Positions 54,134-64,000 of a stretch of DNA of 64,000 nt are shown here, piece by piece. The notes below the pieces were generated by a model. It did not search any database. It worked only from the letters and a program-made list of their open reading frames with translations, and was not told where the DNA came from. The translations under genes were made by a program, and so were the position numbers. Within the stretch, counting starts at the first letter, position 1. Each line of letters opens with the position of its first letter. Location: positions 32,054,001 through 32,118,000 of the forward strand of contig OX597836.1 in NCBI GenBank assembly GCA_951406725.2. Reading direction: 5' to 3'. The DNA is from Octopus vulgaris (Eukaryota).

Positions 54134-54820
54134 TCAGGTCATCCCATAAGTTCTGTCAGAATTTTGAATAAAGAAAACAAGTGATCAAATGTTCTATTTA
54201 ATTGAAATTTAATCAACAATGTACTTTCCCTCATTATCTATGACTTTCTTCCATCTATTTACAAGCTTTTTAATCCCATCAATGTAAAACTCTTTTGGTT
54301 TCAAAGTGAAGAACTCTGAAATGTCAGTTTTGACCTCCTCCTGGCTTGCAAAAGTTACGTTCCCCAAATGATTCTGTAAACTATGAAACAAATGGTAGTC
54401 TGAAGGAACAAGGTCAGGAGAATAAGGTGGATGAGGAATTTTTCCCCAACCAAGCTCTTCGATCTTCTGTGATGTGATCTTTGCATTGTCTTGCATTATG
54501 ATCTTTGTATTGTCTTGATGAAACATCACTCCTTTTCGATTAAATAAAGCGGGTCTTTTTTACTTCACAGCTTGGTTCAAACGCTTTAAATGCTGACAGT
54601 AGACTTGAACATTGATTGTTGCATTAGATGGTAACAATTCAAAGTGAATTACTCCTTTGCAATCCCACCAGATAGAGAGAAGAACCTTTTTCCCATGAAG
54701 TTCCCTTCTCGGTTGTGGTTGAGCTTTTCCCCTTTTACCAAGCCACTGTTTACAACGTTTAACATATTGATAGAAGATCCATTTTTCGTCACCAGTCACA
54801 AGTCTATCCAAAAAGGGAAC
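54134..54820 (-). pseudogene. Mariner (DD34D-type) transposase catalytic-domain pseudogene with one TIR
   Basis: FLDRLVTGDEKWIFY..KVLLSIWWDCKGVIHFELL; frameshift; FHQDN..HPPYSPDLVPSDYHLF..GIKKLVNRWKKVIDNEGKY; TA-TCAGGTCATCCCATAAGTTC terminus. Confidence 0.92.
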
Positions 54821-56031
54821 TCTAACCCTAACACTCACATTCATCAGGCAATATTTAAAGGAGAGGGATATAATGGCTTGTTGATGTGGCGAATCTCTAC
54901 TATGTCTTGCAGCCAGGTGTTCATGACTGAACATGTGCACAACTAGCCCGCAACTATTAAGTGGGTGTATATCTTTGTCATAAGGGAGAAAGCTACATCT
55001 TACTTATTTGGAATTATGTAACTTTTACTGAAAGAAAGCAATACTTAAAGTACCTATTATCTAGAAAATTCTTAAAAATTCCAATTCAAATTATATATTT
55101 TTATCAAAATGTGGTTTTCAAATTTCTTTTTAACTAAGTGATGAACTGTAATTCACCACAAGCGTTTTTAAAATGTTAAACCATGAGATATCATTTTTTA
55201 ATATCTTACTATTTCCAATATTTCCATTGCTAAAACATCCACTTTTCATGTTATCCTATTTTATATGATGAACAGAAATAAAAAAAATATGTCATTTCCT
55301 GTCTCCGTACATCTGTTGATATATGTTTATATAAGGTTATTGATATTAAAATATACAAATATATTTTATTCACAGAAGAAAATTAAGTTATGCAAACACA
55401 TGTTAAAACCAGCTATAAGTTTCTTAACATGATTTTTTTCCAATACATCCCCAAACATTTTTATAATGCCTTTGAATAAAAAAAAAAAAACTTTGAACAT
55501 CAGAGATTCTGAGTCTGCAAGTTTTAAATAAAAACTCTTATTTAAATAACAAATTAACAATTGCAATACATGCCATACAAAACGAAATATATTACTATAT
55601 GTATGTTTTAAATGTAAACAAAATATATTTATTTACAAAACCTATTCATACACAATTCTTTTATCTTTTATCTGTTACTTGTTTCGATCATTTGACTGTG
55701 GCCATGCTGTGGCAACACCTTCTAGAATTTTTAGTCAAATGAGTTGTCTCAGTAACTTTTTTTAAAGCCTAGTACTTATTCTATCATCTCCTTTGCTGAA
55801 CTGAACCGCTAAGTTACAGGAATGTAAACACAGACACAAAGACAGACAGACTCACATACACACACACATACATATATATATATATGGTGGGTTTCTTTCA
55901 GTTTCCGTCTACCAAACATGCTCACAAGGTTTTAGTCAGCCCAAGTCTATAGTAGAAGACACATGCCCGAGGTGCCAAACAGTAGGACTGAACCCTGAAC
56001 CATATGATTGGCAACCAAGCTATTTACCCCA

Positions 56032-56687
56032 TGTTGTAGTGGATACCCCCAAGTGAGAAGTGGACTGTTCCACTACTGTTAAACAGTGGACAGACACAAC
56101 AAGCAGGGTCAGTCAGTGAGGTTCACCATATGGGCCAGTCATGCAGACAATGAAGGTACATTGTCATAAGACAGGACATATCAGTGGAGACGAGGAGTCA
56201 AGCTACACATAGTGGCAGATAAGACTAACACAGAACTGAACCACACACAGGGAAAAATATATAAATTCTATTGAAAAAAGATTCTGAAGAAAAATATGTC
56301 TGATAAAACTGGAACTCCAACACAGAACTGAACTACACATAGTGAGATATAATATAAATCCATTTGAAAGATTTAAGTCAGGTCACTATGTGTTAGTAAG
56401 CGCTTCCAGTAAACAATGTAGACTGGTACTACCTGTGGCATTCTGAAAAGAAATTAATTCTGTGTGTGGAAGAATAAGAAATGGAAAAAAAAATAATAAT
56501 GCTGTGTGAAAGGAGAAAAAAAATCTCAAAGGGGGAGGTGTTGTGGTGGACAACCCCAAGTGAGAAGTGGGCTGTTCTACTGTTAGATAACGAGCAAACA
56601 CAACAAGCAGGGTCAGTTATTGAGGTATGCCATATGGACCTGTCAGGCAGACAATGAAGTTACATTGTCATAATGCAGGATGTATCA
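56032..56687 (+). mobile_element. TRIM-like miniature LTR retrotransposon
   Basis: ~150-bp LTRs TGTTG..TATCA (56032-56183, 56539-56687), PBS-like TGGAGACGAGGA at 56185, PPT AAAGGGGGAGG at 56528-56538, flanks CCCCA/CACCA, no ORF; sits inside a SINE A. Confidence 0.82.
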
Positions 56688-57691
56688 CACCACAGCTGTG
56701 CCTTACCTGTATGTATGCATACACACACATATATGTGCACATATGGCAGAAACGTTAGCACGCTGGGTGAAATGCTTAGCAGTATTTCGTCTGCCATTGC
56801 GTTTTGAGTTCAAATTCCACAGAGGTCAACTTTGCCTTTCATCCTTTCGGGGTCAATTAAATAAGTACCAGTTACGTACTGGAGTTAATGTAATCGACTT
56901 AATCCTTTTGTCTGTTCCTGTTTGTCCCCTCTATGTTTAGCCCCCTGTGGGCAATAAAGAAATATATATACATATATACATATATATACATATATATATA
57001 TATATATTCATTTATATAGAAATACACACATACGTATATGGTGGGTTTCTTTCACTTTTTGTTTACTCAAATCACTCACAAGGCTTTGGCTGGCCTATGG
57101 TTATAGTAGAAGACACTTGCCCAAGCCGCTGCACAATGGGATAGAACCTGAGACCACATGATTGTAATGGAAACTTCTCAACCTCATACCCACACCTAAG
57201 CCTATCTACTCTTCACACCCTGTTCAGAATGGCACTGTCCAAAGTGTCTTTTTTTCTCTTTTTGGTAAGAGATTAAGATATAATGTATGATATGAAGGAC
57301 ACACAGTCAATATTTCTAGCACAGCCAGCTACTCCATATTATTTTCTCTCATTGTCTGACCATTACAACTGTCGAGACAAATGTCAATCAACCAAGTCAA
57401 GTGGACATTTATGTATGCGGTTCTCTGATACACAGTATTATAAAATAAAAATTTCATGTATTTCAGACTCTAGTGCAGTTTTCTAGCTTGTTACTATTTT
57501 TGGCTTATACAAGAATTATTTTTAGATTATGCACAGCATAGCTGTTTGGTAAGAAGTTTGCTTCCAAAACAGATGATTTCTGGTTCAGTCCCCCTGTGTG
57601 GTCCCTTGGGCAAATGTTTTCTATTTCAACTCAGGTTGACCAAAGCCTTGCAAGAGGATTTGGTGCATGGAAACAGAAAGAAACCCAAGTG

Positions 57692-57763
57692 GCTGGGATT
57701 GTCTAGTGGTTAGAACTCCACGTTGTGGCCGTGGTAACCCAGGTTCGAATCTTGGTCATGGCA
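57692..57763 (+). pseudogene. trnH: tRNA-His(GUG)-derived pseudogene or retrocopy
   Basis: GCTGGGA TTGTCTAGTGGTTAGAACT CCACG TTGTGGC CGTGG TAAC CCAGG TTCGAAT CTTGG TCATGGC A; perfect anticodon arm, damaged acceptor stem, no T4 terminator. Confidence 0.8.
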
Positions 57764-57866
57764 GTCCCATTTAAACAATGGCAGTGCATCAGCACTTAGC
57801 TGAAACTACAGAATATATATATATATATATATATATCTGGTAGTAAATAATATTACTACCCTTCTT

Positions 57867-57897
<31 letters not shown>

Positions 57898-57923
57898 CAA
57901 GAGAAAACGAGAGAGCCACAGAC

Positions 57924-57966
57924 AGACTGAAAAAAGGAATAATTTACAAAGCCTGAAACCGGTACT
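57924..57966 (+). ncRNA. Decayed hammerhead-like motif
   Basis: AGA-CTGAAAA-A-AGG...CCT-GAAA-CCGG-TA-CT; palindromic ACCGGT retained, G8 lost. Confidence 0.4.
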
Positions 57967-58041
57967 AAAATGTTCTTCATGATAAAATTATTTTAGCATT
58001 TTCTACCTTGTTTTATTTTCCTTATATATATATATGTATAT

Positions 58042-58113
<72 letters not shown>

Positions 58114-58119
58114 GTATAT

Positions 58120-58353
58120 ATATTCTGTTGTGTCTGGGGAGAGTCATTTTCTTTTTGTGCCTTATTATGTAACACACTCACCGGTAAAATTTCCACTTTT
58201 TTCTTATTTTTGCAAAACTATTGAAAAGGTTGCAAGATGCAGCAAACATTTTAGGATAATAAAAATAAGGTGAAAAAGAGGAAATTTTACCGGTGAGTGT
58301 GTTACATTATAAGGCACAAAAAGAAAATGACTCTCCCCAGACATAACAGAATA
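58120..58353. repeat. Fold-back cassette with ~90-bp arms and a U3-A8 hammerhead-like spacer
   Basis: ATATTCTGTT..GTCTGGGGAGAGTCATTTTC... is mirrored by ...GAAAATGACTCTCCCCAGAC..AACAGAATAT; flanked by (TA)n. Confidence 0.85.
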
Positions 58354-58411
58354 TGCTTCAACACACGAACTCATATAAAGGATCTTGCAAACCAAATCCA
58401 AAAACGAAATA

Positions 58412-58468
<57 letters not shown>

Positions 58469-59009
58469 AGTTAAAAATAATAGATATTACATATAATTCT
58501 TTTATTAGCACAAATTTGGCTTACACCTGTTTCCAGTTGTCTTTATAGGTGCATTATTTATAGGCTCACTCAATTGGTTTATAAACAACGAGAAAAAAAT
58601 GGAAAACAGGACAAGTTAACAGAGAGAAAAGACTCTTCATCAGTTGTTGGCTGTCTATCTACTCCTCATTTTGAGCATTCAATGACAATATGAGTCTTCA
58701 AAGACAGTTGCTCACATAAATTCTAAAATAAAACTTAGGATTTATGGAGGGTCAAAGCTGAGAACCAAAAAAAATGACAGTGGAGACATACAAGGAAACT
58801 GAACAAAAACAAACATGGAGGGTTGTTAGACCAGAACGAGAGGAAAGCAGTGAATGCTGGGAGAAACATTTTTGTTTTTTGAAAAGAGAAAAGATAGATG
58901 AGAGAGAGAAAAACATGTCTGCTCATTGAAACGTTCGTGCAGGAAAAGGAAGATGATCATGTGAGGAAACGAAAGATGGACGATGGTCATGTGGGAGCAA
59001 CAAGAGAGA

Positions 59010-59530
59010 GAGAAAATTGAAATAAAAAAGATGTGGCATCTTAAAGCGAGAACTGTTCCTGTTATTGTGGATGCCCTAGGTATAACAAAGGGATGTCAGA
59101 AACATCTAGATAATATCCCTGAGTTCAAATTCCATCGAGGTCAACTTTGCTTTTCACCCTTTCAGAGTCAATAAATTAAGTACTAGTTACGTACTGAGGT
59201 CGATCTAATCGACCTGGCCTCCTCCCTAAAAATTTTGAGTCTCATGCCTAGAGTAGAAAAGAATAGAAAAGAATATCCCAGGAGAACCATTTCTCAGAGA
59301 AATCCAAAAGTTTGTGCTGACATGTACTGCCCACATCCTTAGAAAATCCCTATCAATTTAAATGTATGTGTTGTATTACATGGAGGTAATTTAACACAAC
59401 TGCCCCTGCCACTTCCCCTCCCCAAGCTTTCAGTCATGCTGTAACATCTCTTATCCTTCACTGGGTGTGTCACCACAAGTGATTGTAACAAACATGCAGA
59501 TTAAAAGTAAATAATAAATAATAATAATAA
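59010..59530 (+). pseudogene. R4/Dong-like LINE 3' end interrupted by SINE B
   Basis: EIEIKKMWHLKARTVPVIVDALG..HLDNIP/GEPFLREIQKFVLTCTAHILRKSLSI*; AATATCCC duplicated around the SINE; (TAA)n tail. Confidence 0.8.
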
Positions 59531-59584
59531 TAATAATTAATTCTTTTTATTTTAATAATAATTAATTCTTTACCCTAACCCTAA

Positions 59585-59864
59585 CTCAGATACCAGGAAA
59601 CCCCAAAATGGCCGAAATTCAAAAGATAATGCTCATGGGAACTGCTCATATCCTACGCAAAATACTTTCTATGTAATCTCAAATTTTAAAACAAACATAA
59701 TTTTCGTATGGTTTTTTAGACATTCACTAGTACAACACTAAGTACAAAACCAAATATATGGCACCCTAGGCATAACACCAACACGAACTTCCAACTTGTT
59801 GTCTCTTGAGGTCTCTGGGTGAGACTTGGAGCCAACTTGTACAAATGTAAAGCAAAAGTCAAAC

Positions 59865-59920
<56 letters not shown>
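59585..59920 (+). pseudogene. Second R4/Dong-like 3' end
   Basis: QIPGNPKMAEIQKIMLMGTAHILRKILSM*, 3' UTR, (TAA)n. Confidence 0.8.
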
Positions 59921-59923
<3 letters not shown>

Positions 59924-60137
59924 GGATGGGCTACTCGACCAGAAGAAAATTCTAACTGGGCCCCACCTGCAAGGTCATGTGCTGTTTATCTTGATATGCG
60001 ATCACCATGCCGAGCACATATGGTTGTGATGCATGTGCCTAGTGTACCCTTATCAGACGGGTAGTCATGATGGGTATACTGGGCTTCGTATATTTTATCC
60101 CAGTGTCACTTTGATGGCATGCACTGCTCTCACACTC

Positions 60138-60171
<34 letters not shown>

Positions 60172-60173
60172 TA

Positions 60174-60223
<50 letters not shown>

Positions 60224-60617
60224 CAATAATAATAACAACAACACAATAATAATAATGTTGGATTGCACAAGACTGTTTGTATAAACATTTGTTCGGTCTG
60301 GTGAACTTGGATTATTTAGAAACTAAATTACCCAGAGACGCCATCTGCATGGAAGACAATAAAACAAATGTTAAGTTAGTGAGTGGCACAGTTTGAATTG
60401 GAACTATATACAAGGACTTGAGTAAATATTGTAAGATATTTAGTCTGGTGCATTATCATTTCTTTAGACTTCAGAAAGAAGAAATCAATATCAACCAATC
60501 ATGTCGTTGCATTATAATGTGTAAATAGCTCCGTTGAGTGACCAGGAGATGAAGAAGGCAGGGGCTGTATTAATTAAATGTCTATTGGATATTTCCTTTT
60601 AGGACAGCCTCACCCAC

Positions 60618-60619
<2 letters not shown>

Positions 60620-60668
<49 letters not shown>

Positions 60669-61125
60669 GCCTGTTTGTTTGCCTGTCTGTCTGTCTTCCT
60701 CACTATCTCTTTCTCTCTTCTTTTCTTTGTTTTTCTCTCGTTGTAACTTTTCTTTTCCTTGCAACTCTGCTTTTTCAGTGCATAACTTTCTGTCTCTCTC
60801 TGTCTCTCTGTCTCTCTGTCTCTCTGTTTCTCTCCCTCTTATGCTGCCTCTCTCTCTCTTTTTCTCTCCCCTTATACTTACCTCTCTCTTTCTTCCTCTC
60901 TCTCCCTTTCTCTCCCTCTTATACTTGCCTCTCTCTCTCACTTTCTCTCCCTCTTATACTTGCCTCTCTCTTTCACTTTCTCTCCCTCTTATACTTGCCT
61001 CTCTCTTTCTTCCTCTCTCTCCCCTCCTCTCCCCTTCTATTCTCACCTCCCCTCTCCCTCTTCCCCCTTCCGATCTCTCCACCTCTCCCTCTCTCCATCC
61101 CTGTCCCTCCTCTCTCTCCTCCTCC
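60620..61125. repeat. (CTGT)n plus a pyrimidine-rich ~38-bp minisatellite
   Basis: Repeating TTCTCTCCCTCTTATACTTGCCTCTCTCT units. Confidence 0.85.
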
Positions 61126-61477
61126 ATCACATAAGTCAATCTACCTGCAACAAAGCCGTTTGTTGTCTCTAACAGGCCATCATTGATCTGTTCAACAAGT
61201 CAGTGTCACAACATAAACCATGTCAATCATTCGTTTGTAGATCTTGTAAGGAAGAATCACACAGAAAGGTTTACGGCTGCCTCCACTTCGACAAACACAG
61301 CCATACATCAACACACATGCGCGCGCATCTCTCTCTCTCTCTCTCTCACTCTGTTTCTCTCTCCTTCTTTCTCTCTCTCTCGCTATCTATCTGTGTGATG
61401 TCTGTATATGAGGGTGTGTTTATGTGTCAGTATATTTGTATGTATGTACATGATATTTGTATGTATGTGTGTATGTA

Positions 61478-61511
<34 letters not shown>

Positions 61512-61776
61512 CGTTTATATATTTGTTGTGCAAGATTTTTTATATATATATATATACATATATATGTATGTATATATACATACATATATATATATATATA
61601 TATATGTATACATATATATATGTATGTATATATACATACATATATGGCTGCAAGTGAGTGTCAATATATTTGTATGTGTGCATGTATGTGTATCTATATG
61701 TATCTTTATCTATATACATATATATATATACACAAACATACATACATACATATATACATATAAATATATATTTATA

Positions 61777-61849
<73 letters not shown>

Positions 61850-62017
61850 TTTTTTTGTGAATTCTCCCTACATATATATATATATACAGGTGTATAAAGG
61901 TTGAATGTGGATTCGTCCTTTAATTGGAGGTTTCCAAATAATACTTCTGATGTTGATTCTTCATACTTTGCTGGGAGTTTACAGATGTAAATTTGCGAAG
62001 ATATGAAAGTAGTACTT

Positions 62018-62315
62018 GTATATAATGTATTCAGAATTAATGGAATGGAGTTCTATAAATCTCAACAATTTTGCTAAAAATGGAGGAGACAAGTTGTTAA
62101 AATTCATAAGAAGTTTAATTCTTGCAGACAATCATTTTGTACAGAGATATGATAATAATGTAAATTCATTAAAATATTTTATTATTATATCTATGTAAAA
62201 AACAATTGTCTGCAAGAATTGAATTTCTTATGAATTTTAACAACTTGTATCCTCTATTTTTAACAAAATTGATCAGATTAATGGAACTTCATTCTAGAAA
62301 TTCATCATATATCAT

Positions 62316-62318
<3 letters not shown>
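62018..62318. repeat. Old imperfect ~300-bp palindrome
   Basis: ACAAGTTGTTAAAATTCATAAGAA..AATTCTTGCAGACAAT mirrored by ATTGTCTGCAAGAATT..TTCTTATGAATTTTAACAACTTGT. Confidence 0.8.
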
Positions 62319-62378
<60 letters not shown>

Positions 62379-62631
62379 CATATATATACATATATACATA
62401 TAGATAAACTGTTTGTGCCATTTATTTCATGGGCTCCTCGTGAGCTTTTGTCGAAAAGCTTGCTGTGCATTTTGTTGGAGAATTAAGTTCCTGGATTTTC
62501 CTGAAGAGAAGGCTGCAAAATGGACTCCTTATTCAATCCGTATTAGGGACTTTGCAGCCTTCGTAACATATGTAGAAAATAATAAAAAGGAATTTTGTTA
62601 AATCTTCATTCAGCTCCATTTCTTCCTACAC

Positions 62632-62666
<35 letters not shown>

Positions 62667-62749
62667 ATAATAATAATAATATTAGGGAGTATATCCAAAC
62701 TTACAGAGAAAAATTAGATTTAGGATTAAATCAAATTTCACAGTATAAA

Positions 62750-62945
62750 TATAAATTAAATTAGAGATAAAACCACTATTAGGCAACTCAAACAGTGAAA
62801 GACATAAACCAAACATAAAAAACATAAAAAACAATATATATATATATATATATATGTATATTCATTTTTTGTTTTTTATGTTTTGGTTTATGTCTTTCAC
62901 TGTTTGAGTTGCCTAATAGTGGTTTTATCTCTAATTTAATTTATA
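62750..62945. repeat. Inverted repeat around a (TA)n centre
   Basis: TATAAATTAAATTAGAGATAAAACCACTATTAGGCAACTCAAACAGTGAAAGACATAAACC and its exact reverse complement. Confidence 0.9.
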
Positions 62946-63107
62946 CGTATATATATATAATTTATATATATATATATATATATATATTGTTATATTTCGG
63001 AATGGCTATTTTGCCAGTTTAGCCAATAAAAACACACACACTATATTTTTGGTGTTACTTTGCTTCAGTGTTATTCATTTTTTACATTAATCTTAATCTT
63101 ATTTCAG

Positions 63108-63147
63108 CCAGAGTTCTTTCGTCACACTCCTGTGACTGCTTCAGTGG
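63108..63147 (-). ncRNA. Hammerhead-like motif inside the fold-back cassette 62985-63405
   Basis: Minus strand CCA-CTGAAGC-A-GTCACA ggag TGTGAC-GAAA-GAAC-TC-TGG; cassette has ~44-bp inverted arms at 62985-63028 and 63301-63347. Confidence 0.55.
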
Positions 63148-63537
63148 TCCTTTGTTTTCTTCTTTCTTATTTGTGTCTCTCCTTACTAACCGTCAGCCAT
63201 TTTGTATTTGTATTGTATGTCTTCATTTGCGCATGCTTATATCTCTATGTGCGTCTATGTTTATTTAGTGTGTGTGTGTGTGGGGGGGATGCCTGTAACA
63301 TTTATTGGCTAAACTGGCAAAATGACCATTCTGAAATATAACAATATCTGTTTCAACACACGACTTCACATAAAAAAATCTTGCACAACAAATATATAAA
63401 CGTATATATATATATCTCCATATATACAGAGAGATGGAAAGAAAGAAGAAAAAAGAAGCATAAAAGTTCATAGTTCAACTTACCAACATTATAGAAACAA
63501 GAACATAAGTCCTTAGGTGCAATACGGTGTAGATATA

Positions 63538-63665
63538 TATTGAAGATGAAAGGAAAGGTCTATAGGAGTTGCGTGAGAGCTGTAATGCTGTATGGGAGTG
63601 AGGCATGGTGTTTGAGGGAGAGAGAGATGGTAATTTGGAGAAAGACTGAGAGAAATGTGTGACAT
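63538..63665 (+). pseudogene. RTE LINE fragment
   Basis: LKMKGKVYRSCVRAVMLYGSEAWCLREREM..RKTER contains the YGSExW motif. Confidence 0.75.
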
Positions 63666-63749
63666 GAGGTTGTTTGATAAGAGAGGGACTGAGGACTTGA
63701 TGGGGATGCTGGGGTTGGAGGAATCAGTGGAATGGCTGGCAAGCGCGAA

Positions 63750-64000
63750 TGTTCCAAGTTCAGTCCCACTGAGTGGCACCTTGGACAAGTGTCTTCTACT
63801 ATAGCCTCGGGCCGACCAAAGCTTTGTATGTGTATTTGGTAGATGGAAACTAAAAGAAGCTCATGTGTGTGTATATGTATGTTTGTGTGTCTATGTTTGT
63901 CCCACCAATATCGCCTGACAACAGATGCTGGTGTGTTTACTTAGTCCCTGTAACTTAGTGGTTCAACAAAAGACACCGATAGAATAAGTACCAGGCTTAC
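63750..64000 (+). mobile_element. SINE family A, running off the window end
   Basis: Colinear with other family A copies. Confidence 0.85.

Noticed and set aside
60578-61897. Longest ORFs (202, 186 and 171 aa)
   Set aside because: They are translations of CT-rich and TA/TG microsatellites, with no protein-like composition

Overview
AT-rich, repeat-saturated animal genomic DNA. The SINE families and microsatellite density resemble an Octopus-like cephalopod (inference). I could not support any host protein-coding exon; the ORF track is almost entirely microsatellite or transposon debris. The window holds dozens of tRNA-headed SINEs, decayed RTE, CR1 and R4/Dong LINEs, three Penelope-like (GIY-YIG) relics, Tc1/mariner, pogo-like and hAT DNA elements, a small non-coding LTR element (TRIM-like), and two tRNA copies (Lys-UUU, His-GUG) each joined to a retroelement 3' tail. 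The main signal is about a dozen type I hammerhead-ribozyme (HHR) motifs in short cassettes, mostly embedded in (TA)n and often fold-back. The best is a highly structured 359-bp tandem monomer with an intact core (retrozyme-like), whose inverted arm begins 3 nt from the predicted cleavage site. Other families carry compensatory swaps of the core 3-8 pair (G3-C8, U3-A8). All calls were made by eye, and repeat boundaries are approximate.
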